Shown here: positions 1 through 8,108 of the stretch, in pieces
Layout: each line of letters starts with the position of its first letter
Position numbering within the stretch: position 1 is the first letter of the stretch
Source of the DNA: an uncultured virus (IMG/VR IMGVR_UViG_2831971958_000015)
Taxonomy: Duplodnaviria; Heunggongvirae; Uroviricota; Caudoviricetes
Virus record (IMG/VR): IMGVR_UViG_2831971958_000015
Direction: 5' to 3' (one strand)
Length of the DNA: 64,000 nt
Program-made: the position numbers and the translations under genes
The notes under the pieces: model-generated
Told to the model about the DNA's origin: nothing
The model's database searches: none
The model's input: the letters and a program-made list of their open reading frames with translations, nothing else

Positions 1-1041
1 TCACCCGATTTTCTTAAGCTCTTCCTCGAAAAGTTCCCCGGCAGAATGATAACCATGTATACGACGGGGATAGTTATTTATCCAGTTTTCCATTTCCTCT
101 ACCTCTGCGTCCGTCATGCCGTCAAAATTTGTCCCCTTTGGTACTTTGCGCCGTACCATTTTATTAGTAACCTCATTTGTGCCTCGCTCCCAGCTGCTAT
201 ACGGGTGACAGTAATATAGCTGCGTCCGTTTCCCCTCTCCCAGTATAGAGCGTTCCAGCTCTTCACAATATGCAAACTCGCTGCCATTGTCTACGGTTAT
301 GCTTTTAAAGACTTGTTTAAACATAGCTCCCCATTTTCTTTCCAATGCGTCTAAAGCATCTACTACCGCCTCTGCTGTCTTGTCCGGCAGCTTAAATATG
401 ATCTCGTCCCGCGTCTTTCTTTCCGTCAGTACCAGCAGGGTATTTTTAGATTTTCCCCGCTGTCCTATTACGCTATCCATTTCCCAGTGTCCGAACTCTT
501 CCCGCCTGTCTACCTCTTCCGGGCGCTTTTCTATGCTTGTGCCTGCCGCCGCCCTCGCCTGCTGCCTCTTTACTTTCTTATAGTCCCTCTTCTTATTTGC
601 CTTTACTGGTAAATCCTTATTTGTAAGCTGTAGAAAGATACCTTTATCAATATAGCTGTAAAGCGTCGTTACGCAGATCGTTACGGAAAATTCCCCCTCT
701 TTTCCCTGTGCCTTAAGCTCCCCCAGAACGGCAGCCGGGCTATATCCCTCATTTACTATTTTATCCTCTATATAATTTGCTAACTTAATATCGTTGCCGA
801 TCTTAAGCACGCCGCCCTTGCTTTTCAGATTCTCCCTGTACTTATCGTCTGCAATATCCGGGCTGTATCGTTCTTCCTGCGTGAGATCGGAATTAAGCGC
901 CGTATAAACTCCCCGCTTTATTTCCCGGTATATTGTGCTGCGGTGTACATGCAGCATGTCTGCGATCTCTTTTTTACCATGCCCCGCCTTTAGTAATGCC
1001 TCTAATTTTATCCGATCTGCCTTTGTCAGATGCTTACCCAT
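1..1041 (-). CDS. IS30-family DDE transposase (probable phage integrase)
   Basis: N-terminal HTH (LHVHRSTIYREIKRG); DDE motifs GHWEMDSV, SITVDNGSEF, WERGTNE; intact 346 aa. Confidence 0.95.
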   Translation of the reverse strand: MGKHLTKADRIKLEALLKAGHGKKEIADMLHVHRSTIYREIKRGVYTALNSDLTQEERYSPDIADDKYRENLKSKGGVLKIGNDIKLANYIEDKIVNEGYSPAAVLGELKAQGKEGEFSVTICVTTLYSYIDKGIFLQLTNKDLPVKANKKRDYKKVKRQQARAAAGTSIEKRPEEVDRREEFGHWEMDSVIGQRGKSKNTLLVLTERKTRDEIIFKLPDKTAEAVVDALDALERKWGAMFKQVFKSITVDNGSEFAYCEELERSILGEGKRTQLYYCHPYSSWERGTNEVTNKMVRRKVPKGTNFDGMTDAEVEEMENWINNYPRRIHGYHSAGELFEEELKKIG

Positions 1042-1077
1042 TTCCCTTACCTCTCTTTTGTCCCATATACGACGAAA

Positions 1078-1107
1078 AGCCGCAAACTCTTTTACAAGTC
1101 TGCGGCT
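1078..1107 (-). terminator. Probable intrinsic terminator between the moron operon and the transposase
   Basis: AGCCGCA...TGCGGCT inverted repeat followed by T residues on the minus strand. Confidence 0.45.
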
Positions 1108-1120
1108 CGCTATTTTTGCC

Positions 1121-1816
1121 TCATTTACAGCATTTCTTACAAGCTGTATACTTCTTTTTTGCTTGGCTTAGTGGTATGCTCTTTGGGTTTTTCATTCCAG
1201 AACATGTAGGCTTACTATGGTACTTTTTGCTGCTACGGTCTATATATACGATTGTCTCGCCCGCTGGCTGCGCTGCGCGGCTTTTCTTCTCTTCTATGAG
1301 AACGTCAAGCTCTATATTACAGCCAAACGTTTGTACCCCACCCCCGGAAATTTCCAGTATTTCTGCGGTGTATCGGGCTTGCGGGTATTTCCGCGCTAAG
1401 TCCTTTGCCAGCTCTGCTGATAGATTCCCCAGTACCTTATTGCCCCACTTGATGCACGCGGCAGGCTCTCCATTGTATGTATATTTTTCTACCGTTATAT
1501 CCTCGTCGCCTGTCATGGTTCTTAATATGTCCTGGCGGTTCTCCCCGTCCTCGTTATCAAAAGTCACGCCTACCAATTTCGTGCGTATAGTTTCCGCAAT
1601 CCTGCTGCCAGATGCAGCGGCAGGCGTTCCCGTTTTCCCCGGCTCTTCCTGCTGCCCGGCTGCCTCTTTCTCTGGCTTGCGTGCCAGCAGAAAACATACG
1701 GCAGCAATCACTATGCAACCGACACCGCCCGTAATATTCCCGGACGGCAGCGCCACAATTCCGCTTACTGCAAATAATGCAGCCACAACATATAAAATAA
1801 TTTGTTTCTTTGCCAT
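1121..1816 (-). CDS. Membrane-anchored protein with HIRAN-like domain and C-terminal Cys/His metal-binding motif
   Basis: Two N-terminal hydrophobic helices; TKLVGVTF..RQDIL HIRAN-like segment; KKYH..C..ACKKC tail. Confidence 0.6.
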   Translation of the reverse strand: MAKKQIILYVVAALFAVSGIVALPSGNITGGVGCIVIAAVCFLLARKPEKEAAGQQEEPGKTGTPAAASGSRIAETIRTKLVGVTFDNEDGENRQDILRTMTGDEDITVEKYTYNGEPAACIKWGNKVLGNLSAELAKDLARKYPQARYTAEILEISGGGVQTFGCNIELDVLIEEKKSRAAQPAGETIVYIDRSSKKYHSKPTCSGMKNPKSIPLSQAKKKYTACKKCCK

Positions 1817-1840
1817 AAAATAAGCCCTCTCTTTCGCCTT

Positions 1841-2035
1841 TTACTTTAATTCTAATATTTCATCAGCAGAGGCGTTAAGCTCCCTGCATATTTTTATAAA
1901 CATTTCCAATGTAGGCGCGTGCGCCCCATTTTCCCAGCGGCTTATATCCTTTTGGTGGACTTGCAGGCGTTCCGCAAGTTCTTTTTGTGAAACGCCCGCC
2001 GCTTTTCTCGCTTTTCTTATATTATTTCCGATCAT
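1841..2035 (-). CDS. XRE-family HTH regulator
   Basis: IRKARKAAGVSQKELAERLQVHQKDISRWENG. Confidence 0.9.
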   Translation of the reverse strand: MIGNNIRKARKAAGVSQKELAERLQVHQKDISRWENGAHAPTLEMFIKICRELNASADEILELK

Positions 2036-2130
2036 GCGTTACCTCTTTTCTCTTTAGCTCTCATTATAAGGGCTATGCAGAGTTTCACCGTTCCTACGGC
2101 TACCAAAAAAATACCTAATTTCAAAATCAT
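2032..2130 (-). CDS. Small hydrophobic peptide, 32 aa (MILKLGIFLVAVGTVKLCIALIMRAKEKRGNA)
   Basis: Translated by hand (below the ORF-track cutoff); ATGA overlap with the XRE start. Confidence 0.6.
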   Translation of the reverse strand: MILKLGIFLVAVGTVKLCIALIMRAKEKRGNA

Positions 2131-2198
2131 GCTCTTTACTCGGCTTTGGGTTTATGATATATTTTTTATAGGCGGCGGGCTTTCGCCCGCCTATAGGT

Positions 2199-2315
2199 CT
2201 AACCTATGTACTTGTCGATAATGATAAGTATTATGCCTATGATTAAGTCTATCAGTGCATTGACCGTCAAATCTTGCCACTTGATAGGCTTTTTCTTTTG
2301 TTTCTTCTTACCCAT
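2199..2315 (-). CDS. Small Lys-rich membrane peptide, 38 aa (MGKKKQKKKPIKWQDLTVNALIDLIIGIILIIIDKYIG); candidate type I toxin
   Basis: Translated by hand; AAAGGAG RBS upstream; single TM helix. Confidence 0.65.
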   Translation of the reverse strand: MGKKKQKKKPIKWQDLTVNALIDLIIGIILIIIDKYIG

Positions 2316-2378
2316 TTCCTGCCGTTTCTCCTTTCCAGTGCTTTACACTTATTTTTCTTTTCTCCTTTCTATGCTTTA

Positions 2379-2407
2379 ATTATATACCAACTTTGGTATA
2401 TTGTCAA
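2379..2407 (-). promoter_or_regulatory. Consensus sigma-A promoter with palindromic operator
   Basis: TTGACA (2407-2402), 17 bp, TATAAT (2384-2379); palindrome ATATACCAA-CT-TTGGTATAT at 2382..2401. Confidence 0.75.
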
Positions 2408-2430
2408 TCAGATTTCAAGAAAATTATGGT

Positions 2431-2470
2431 AAAAAAATAAAGGGTATGCCGCCCATGAACGACATACCCC
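2431..2470 (-). terminator. Terminator after endolysin
   Basis: GGGTATGTCG/CGGCATACCC stem plus T-tract on the minus strand. Confidence 0.65.
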
Positions 2471-2480
2471 AGCAGATACA

Positions 2481-3956
2481 TTATAATCTTGTGCAATAGT
2501 CCAGCGATACCCAGCCGTCCTTATTCTCTTCATACGCTTTCAGCAGCCCCCAGCCTGCGGCGCTGCCCTCTCCGGCTTTTACCTCTACAATGGTAAATAC
2601 TCCCACACCTGTATACTTCCCCGTCTTTTCAAAATCCGTGCCTGCGCCCGTCCTTATTCTAAGATCGGTTATATCTACCTTTACTTTAAAGGGAACCTGT
2701 GCCGCCTCTGTCTTTCCCTGCTCTGTGTTCCCGCCTGCCCCGGCTCCTGCGTACCTGTCGTAATACTCCTGCCCGTATGCTGCCCGGCGCTGCTTTACTG
2801 CCTCGCTCTGATCTGCGGGCTTTTCGTACCCGGTCAGCACTGCATCAGAGGCAGCCCGTACCGACGTTGCAGCCATAAGCGCGGAAATAACGCCCTTGTA
2901 GCCCTGTAATTCCTGCCACAAAAAGGCAAGCTGCATATTTAAGCCGCCGATCGACGCGCCCGCCGCTTTCGCGTAATCATACAGCGCCTGCTTGCGGCTA
3001 TAATACGTCCACTGCGCAAGCCCGTAGCCCGCGCTGTCCCTCACAAAATTTGTGTAGCTGCCGCTGTCTACAGCTGCCGTATATTCTGCGTCCGTCATTT
3101 CCAGCCGCGTATTAAAGGAATTTTGCAGATTGTCTGCTTTAAGCCCGCTTTCTGCAAAAAGGTTTCCCATAAGCCCGGCTGCTGCATAGGCATTTAATCC
3201 TTTGCCTGTCAGAAAAGCCCAGATCACGCTTTCCGCGCCGCCTGCTGCCGTCTGCTGCTCATTGCCTGCAAAAGCGCTGTATACCGCCTTTCCGTTCCAG
3301 TCATACACATTATAGCCAGCAATGCAGGCTTTCTTTGCATTTTCCAGACTTTCAAAAGCTCCCAGCTGCCCGGCTGCATCTTCCCAGCGCTTACGCACCC
3401 TGTAAAGTTTCTTTTCCGCGCTCCCGGCAGATGCAGCGCCGCCGCTTATCAGCCTTTTAAACTCGTCCCATGTATGCACCGTTGTATTATATACATACGG
3501 GTTAGGGCAGATTTTCCCGGTAACGTCGTAATGCCTTATGACATGATCGGCAGGCACGCCGTACTTATCCATTAAGTACCTTGTCAGCTCTGCCGCCGCC
3601 TCTACCGTCGCGTCCTCAAAATACCAGTCCTTATCTGTCGCGCCCTGGCTGGCGGTGTTCCTCTTCTTTACGCACAGCTCAATACCTATACTGTTTGCGT
3701 TCCGGCACTCCCCATGCTTATAACTCTTTGCGCCGCAGTGCCACGCTATGTTAGCATCTTCCACGCACTGCCAGATTTCCCCGTTGTGATCTACAAAATA
3801 ATGTGCGGACGCATTTCTATTGCCGCCTGCAAAATATTTGCAGTTTGCCTGCGCCCCACTCAAACCGCCCACGTAATGAATCACAATGTACTTGATACGG
3901 GAAACGCTGCCCGGATTGAAATTGTACCCGCTTATCAGCCTGTTAATGTTCCTCAT
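2481..3956 (-). CDS. Endolysin (Amidase_2 + phage tail lysozyme-like + SH3-like cell-wall-binding domain)
   Basis: YIVIHY, ASAHYFVD, IAWHCG, RHYDVTGKICP; GLMGNLFAESG/GYGLAQWT lysozyme-like segment; GWVSLDY C-terminus. Confidence 0.9.
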   Translation of the reverse strand: MRNINRLISGYNFNPGSVSRIKYIVIHYVGGLSGAQANCKYFAGGNRNASAHYFVDHNGEIWQCVEDANIAWHCGAKSYKHGECRNANSIGIELCVKKRNTASQGATDKDWYFEDATVEAAAELTRYLMDKYGVPADHVIRHYDVTGKICPNPYVYNTTVHTWDEFKRLISGGAASAGSAEKKLYRVRKRWEDAAGQLGAFESLENAKKACIAGYNVYDWNGKAVYSAFAGNEQQTAAGGAESVIWAFLTGKGLNAYAAAGLMGNLFAESGLKADNLQNSFNTRLEMTDAEYTAAVDSGSYTNFVRDSAGYGLAQWTYYSRKQALYDYAKAAGASIGGLNMQLAFLWQELQGYKGVISALMAATSVRAASDAVLTGYEKPADQSEAVKQRRAAYGQEYYDRYAGAGAGGNTEQGKTEAAQVPFKVKVDITDLRIRTGAGTDFEKTGKYTGVGVFTIVEVKAGEGSAAGWGLLKAYEENKDGWVSLDYCTRL

Positions 3957-4043
3957 GCCTTTTACTTCCTTTCTGCAATGAAATAAGCGCCTACGGTTTC
4001 CCGTAAGCGCCCTTTGCCGCTTTTCCTGTCTGGTCTGTTATTC

Positions 4044-4532
4044 TTATCTTTCCTGCTGCTTATGCCCCTCTACGCTGCCCGTGGTGCTGTTTCCGTCCAG
4101 TTCGTCCGTGTCCGGCAGCTCGTCCGTATACTTGGAAAGAAAGCCCCGCACACTCGCCCATACTCTTTTTACAGGCAGCCCACATAATGCCATATTCTTA
4201 AAAATGCTGGTGATCTCATAGGCTATGTAAAGCAGGCTGAAAAACTCCGCTACGCCTACTGTCTTAAGCCCCAGATAGCCCCGCGCTGTTTCCGGGATAA
4301 ACCCGATCAGATTGATCTTGATAAGCATGTCGATTGCCAGCATGAATACAAGGGAAATCAGCATTGCCACTTTCCGTATTGCGCCGTCAATCCCTGCGCA
4401 GCTGTTGAACTTCTTTTCTTTTACTGCCCGCAGTACCCCGAAAACAGTATCAAATACAATCGCCAGTATTACCAGCTCGATCACCTTATTGTGTGCCGCT
4501 GCGTCGATAAACTCCATTATTTTCATTTCCAT
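4044..4532 (-). CDS. Holin (toxin secretion/phage lysis holin type)
   Basis: DTVFGVLRA..K.NS..GIDG.IRK, three TM segments, E..SI.KN; adjacent to endolysin. Confidence 0.85.
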   Translation of the reverse strand: MEMKIMEFIDAAAHNKVIELVILAIVFDTVFGVLRAVKEKKFNSCAGIDGAIRKVAMLISLVFMLAIDMLIKINLIGFIPETARGYLGLKTVGVAEFFSLLYIAYEITSIFKNMALCGLPVKRVWASVRGFLSKYTDELPDTDELDGNSTTGSVEGHKQQER

Positions 4533-4708
4533 AAATCCTGCCTTTCTGCTTTCTGCAAATTTAATGCCCGCTCTTTCAGTTCCGCACCGTCGTACCCTGC
4601 TACGCTCTCCCAGTTTTCCAGAGTGGCGGTTAATTCAGCAATAAGCCTGCTCTGCTTTTCAATAGTTTCCTGCTGCTCATGCAGCACTTGTAGCAAAATT
4701 TTACTCAT
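4523..4708 (-). CDS. Small coiled-coil hypothetical protein, overlapping the RT stop
   Basis: 61 aa ORF coupled to RT and holin. Confidence 0.65.
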   Translation of the reverse strand: MSKILLQVLHEQQETIEKQSRLIAELTATLENWESVAGYDGAELKERALNLQKAERQDLWK

Positions 4709-5799
4709 GTACTCACTCCTGCGCCTGCTGGCTTTGCCGCCTGCGCCCGTTCCTGCGCATCAGCCGCCATTTTTATTATTTTCTTTCGTAAATGCAGGCT
4801 GTCGGCGTGTCCTGCGTGTCCCGTCCAGCTTGCAATACTCTTTTGTAGATTTTCCCTTGTGATCTCGCCCCTTTCATACTTCTTGATTGTCCGCTTGATA
4901 CGTTTAATGCTGTCTGGTCTTACTTTCCTGTGTGTCGCCCTGTGCTTATAGCCCACAAAATCTATGCCATTCTTTGCGCATAAAATGACGGTCTTTGGGT
5001 TCAGCTCTAAAATAAGCTCTTCTCTTAAGAATCTTTCAATATCAGCCAGCCAGCGCCGCAGCTCTTCCTTGTCCGGGCTTAATATAATAAAGTCGTCCAT
5101 GTACCTTTCGTATTTTTCCGCGCCCAGTGTGTGCTTGATGTACTTATCCAGCTTATCCAGATAAATGTTGGCGAATAGTTGGCTTGTAAGATTTCCTACG
5201 GGTATGCCCGTACCGTCCGGCATCTGCCCGTTATGCTCTATGATCTTGTCGATCAGTGCCAGCGCCTTTGCGTCCTTTATTACTTTCCGTATCTCTGCCT
5301 TAAGCACATCATGGTTAATGCTCTGGAAATAGTGGTGTATGTCCGCTTTGATCGCATACATCGGCGTGTCCGGGTGGAATCGCTGCCACTCATAAAGCCA
5401 ACTTTTCAGCGTGTCAGACGCGGCGTGCATACCCTTATTTTTCCTGCAGGCGTAAGAATGGAAAATAAAACGCTTTTCAAAAATCGGTTCCAGCACGTTG
5501 TTAATGGCGTGCTGTACTACCCTGTCATAAAACGGCAGCGCCATAATCTGCCGTTCTTTCGGTTCATATACCTTAAAATATCGGTACTCGCTCGGCTCAT
5601 AGGAAAGCCCCAGAATTTCATTTCGTACCCGCTCTAATTTTTCCTCTTTGTCTTTGGTAAATATTAAAACGTCCCTGCGGTATCGCTTGCACTTCCGGGC
5701 TTTATTGTATGCTTTCTGCACACTCCCGTAGTCAGCTATAGCCTCTACAAGCGTAAGCCGCCTGCCATTTTTATCTGTGATATGCCCTATTCGTTTCAT
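4705..5799 (-). CDS. DGR reverse transcriptase (DGR1)
   Basis: DRVVQHA, GIPVGNLTSQLFAN (SQ signature), RYMDD, IDFVGY. Start set at MKRIGH after an AGGAG RBS; the ORF track extends to 5838. Confidence 0.95.
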   Translation of the reverse strand: MKRIGHITDKNGRRLTLVEAIADYGSVQKAYNKARKCKRYRRDVLIFTKDKEEKLERVRNEILGLSYEPSEYRYFKVYEPKERQIMALPFYDRVVQHAINNVLEPIFEKRFIFHSYACRKNKGMHAASDTLKSWLYEWQRFHPDTPMYAIKADIHHYFQSINHDVLKAEIRKVIKDAKALALIDKIIEHNGQMPDGTGIPVGNLTSQLFANIYLDKLDKYIKHTLGAEKYERYMDDFIILSPDKEELRRWLADIERFLREELILELNPKTVILCAKNGIDFVGYKHRATHRKVRPDSIKRIKRTIKKYERGEITRENLQKSIASWTGHAGHADSLHLRKKIIKMAADAQERAQAAKPAGAGVST

Positions 5800-5964
5800 G
5801 TAAAAAGCTCCTGCCTTTCGCCTTAAGCTACTAACCAACAGCCCTGCTTTTTCTCTTTGCCTTACGGCGGGACAGCCCCTCTGATTCTGGAATATTAAGC
5901 ACTCTTAATATTCAAACCCTTGCTAGTGTTCCTTAGATACGCTAAGCCTGTAATGCTTTCACCA

Positions 5965-6090
5965 AATCACACGCCCCGCGCACGCCGATGTTCGTGTTCA
6001 CGTTCCACGGGTAATTGTTGCAATTCACGGCACGCGCGCCCGCGTGAACGCCATTGTTCCAGTTACCGCCCGCGATCAGCGCCGCCAGAG
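5965..6090 (-). ncRNA. DGR1 template repeat (TR)
   Basis: 126-bp gapless match to 6529..6654; 11 mismatches, all at TR adenines (coding strand); AAC/AAT-rich. Confidence 0.95.
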
Positions 6091-6122
6091 GGCTGTAATA
6101 AGCGGCTGCCCCATATAAAAAG

Positions 6123-6479
6123 CTACTTTGCAGCCTTTACCTCTTCTATGATCTCGCCCAGCATAACGCCCAGTTCTGTAAGTTTCCTGCCGCACTCCCC
6201 GTAATGCTGCTTATTCATTGCGCTGTATTTCAGATCATTTGCCAGCCGCAGCAGCTCCTTACTCTGCTGCAATGCCACATCTGCCGCGTACAAGTGGCTT
6301 TTCGTCGCCGTTTTCTGCCACTTTATAACGTCTTGCAGCATTTCCAGCACGGCGTTTCTGGTTGCCGTCTGCAAGCTGAATTTTTCATATTTGGGGTACT
6401 TACTTAGCAGGGGATATATGTATAGCAGAAAATCATATATTTTCTGGTGTAGTATGTCGCCTTTATCTCTTATTGACAT
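6123..6479 (-). CDS. avd: DGR accessory variability determinant (Avd)
   Basis: 118 aa; YPLLSKYPKYEKFSL..LRLANDLKY..ELGVMLG four-helix-bundle pattern; lies between target and TR. Confidence 0.9.
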   Translation of the reverse strand: MSIRDKGDILHQKIYDFLLYIYPLLSKYPKYEKFSLQTATRNAVLEMLQDVIKWQKTATKSHLYAADVALQQSKELLRLANDLKYSAMNKQHYGECGRKLTELGVMLGEIIEEVKAAK

Positions 6480-6500
6480 TTTTATCCGTCCCCCTGTAGC

Positions 6501-6519
6501 GGCTGGGCTTTCGCCCGCC
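6501..6519 (-). promoter_or_regulatory. DGR1 post-VR hairpin (GNRA loop)
   Basis: GGCGGGC-GAAA-GCCCAGCC immediately after the target stop codon. Confidence 0.7.
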
Positions 6520-6520
6520 T

Positions 6521-7663
6521 CTACATAGAATCACACGCCCCGCGCACGCCGATGTGCGCGGGCACGCTCCACGGGTAATGGCGGCAATCCACGGCACGCG
6601 CGCCCGCGTGAACGCCATCGTTCCAGTCACCGCCCGCGATCAGCGCCGCCAGAGAATACGCGTAATACTGGTAAATGTTGCCTACGTCGTACTTTGTGGC
6701 ATTATCCCTTAAAGGGCTTTTCTTATCCCAGCCCCACGCCGCCGTAGGGTGGTATTCTGCATTTGTGGCGTGTTCTGCCCGTGTAATCAGATCATTAAGC
6801 CATTCCCAGACACGCCCCACGGCATCAACGCAGCCCACGGCAGAAACGGCATTTACCACGCTGCCCGTAGTCCCCCTGCCCGTGTTCGTCGTCGCCGTCC
6901 ATGCGTTTGTGTTTGCCCCGTCAAGCCCCTGCGGGCTGCCGAAAGCATAGGCGCAAAATTCGCTGTAGTCCGGCATACGCTTTCCGCTTTTCATCAGCCT
7001 TTCTGTGAATGTGTACCAGTTCATGCCCTCCGTGCCTGTCATTGGCGCGCAATTATATTCCGACTTCAAGCCCTGTGCGCCGTCGTCAGAATTAAGGTAA
7101 ATATCTACCCATGTGCCGCCGCCCAGATATACCATACCCTCCGGGCTACATTTCGGGCGGTGTCCCAGCGTCCATACGCTGCGCGGCACAATCCCGTTGC
7201 TTACTGCGCTTTCCCAGCCCGTACCGAAAATAGCGCCGCTGCTGTTCACAGGCTGCATATTATCATTGATCTTGCGGCAACGCCCATAATGAAAGCCGCC
7301 GATCTTGCGGCTGTTGCTGGCGTTCCACCCGCTCGGATATGTAGAGTTAAGGGAAATAATATACTGCTCGTCCTGTGCGTCCTGCCTGCTGTCGCAGATA
7401 TAAACATAATAGTCACTGCCTACAGCAAAAGCCGCGCCTATATCCAGATTAGAGGCATTAAGTACCGTGTTTCCCGTCTTAAAGATACCAGCGCCGCCCA
7501 CGGCAATTACGCAGCCCTCTATTACTGTGATCTCATTTGCCCCGCTTGCATATAAATACTGGCTCGTCGGCGCTACAATGTCGCTGATCGTCGCCAGCTT
7601 GTTTACATTCAAAAGCGCCCGGCGGTCTGTCTTTGTCACATCATCAACAAATATCCTACTCAT
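6521..7663 (-). CDS. DGR1 target: Mtd-like receptor-binding protein (C-type lectin/FGE fold)
   Basis: WVDIYL, GCVDAVGRVWEW, AGG.W..G..AGAR..IGVRG; carries the VR. Confidence 0.9.
   Translation of the reverse strand: MSRIFVDDVTKTDRRALLNVNKLATISDIVAPTSQYLYASGANEITVIEGCVIAVGGAGIFKTGNTVLNASNLDIGAAFAVGSDYYVYICDSRQDAQDEQYIISLNSTYPSGWNASNSRKIGGFHYGRCRKINDNMQPVNSSGAIFGTGWESAVSNGIVPRSVWTLGHRPKCSPEGMVYLGGGTWVDIYLNSDDGAQGLKSEYNCAPMTGTEGMNWYTFTERLMKSGKRMPDYSEFCAYAFGSPQGLDGANTNAWTATTNTGRGTTGSVVNAVSAVGCVDAVGRVWEWLNDLITRAEHATNAEYHPTAAWGWDKKSPLRDNATKYDVGNIYQYYAYSLAALIAGGDWNDGVHAGARAVDCRHYPWSVPAHIGVRGACDSM
6529..6654 (-). repeat. DGR1 variable repeat (VR)
   Basis: 3' end of target gene; TR codons NWNN..NCNNYPWNVNTN read DWND..DCRHYPWSVPAH here. 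Confidence 0.95.
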
Positions 7664-8093
7664 ACTGTTTTAACACTCCTTTCAGTGCTGTAATATCGTC
7701 TGCTGTCATTCCTGCCACTGCTGCCGCCTTTTCCAGCCCTATAGCCGTATTTTCTGCGGTAATTCCCTTTGACAGTGTTAATACCGTCCTGTCATTGCCC
7801 GTTTCGCCTGCCGCCGCTGCCTCGTCCGTCTGGGTGTGCGTTACCGCCGTGATCGTCCCGGAAATGCCGCCAGCCTCAAAAGCCATGCCCGGCGCTGCCT
7901 CGTCGCAGTAATATACTGTTACTGCTTTCTTTTCCTCTGCCACCGATACAATAGCGCACTGTATATAGCGCTGCTTTTCCAGACTTTCAATTTTTGCCAG
8001 CAGATCAACTGCCGCCAGCTCCCCGGCTGCCACCATAGCAAGGCAGTTGTAGTAATCGTCTTTTGTCTTTAATGTTTTGGGAAATCCTTTCAT
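7656..8093 (-). CDS. Tail-associated hypothetical protein
   Basis: 145 aa ORF coupled to the target gene. Confidence 0.6.
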   Translation of the reverse strand: MKGFPKTLKTKDDYYNCLAMVAAGELAAVDLLAKIESLEKQRYIQCAIVSVAEEKKAVTVYYCDEAAPGMAFEAGGISGTITAVTHTQTDEAAAAGETGNDRTVLTLSKGITAENTAIGLEKAAAVAGMTADDITALKGVLKQYE

Positions 8094-8108
8094 AATCTGC
8101 CCCTTTCC

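Noticed and set aside
4705..5838. RTs as group II intron, retron or Abi RTs
   Set aside because: Both have the SQ motif, an adjacent avd-like gene and adenine-specific TR/VR pairs
5920..6204. ORFs over TR1 (and 44009..44380 over TR2/avd)
   Set aside because: Antisense to the non-coding template repeat and avd
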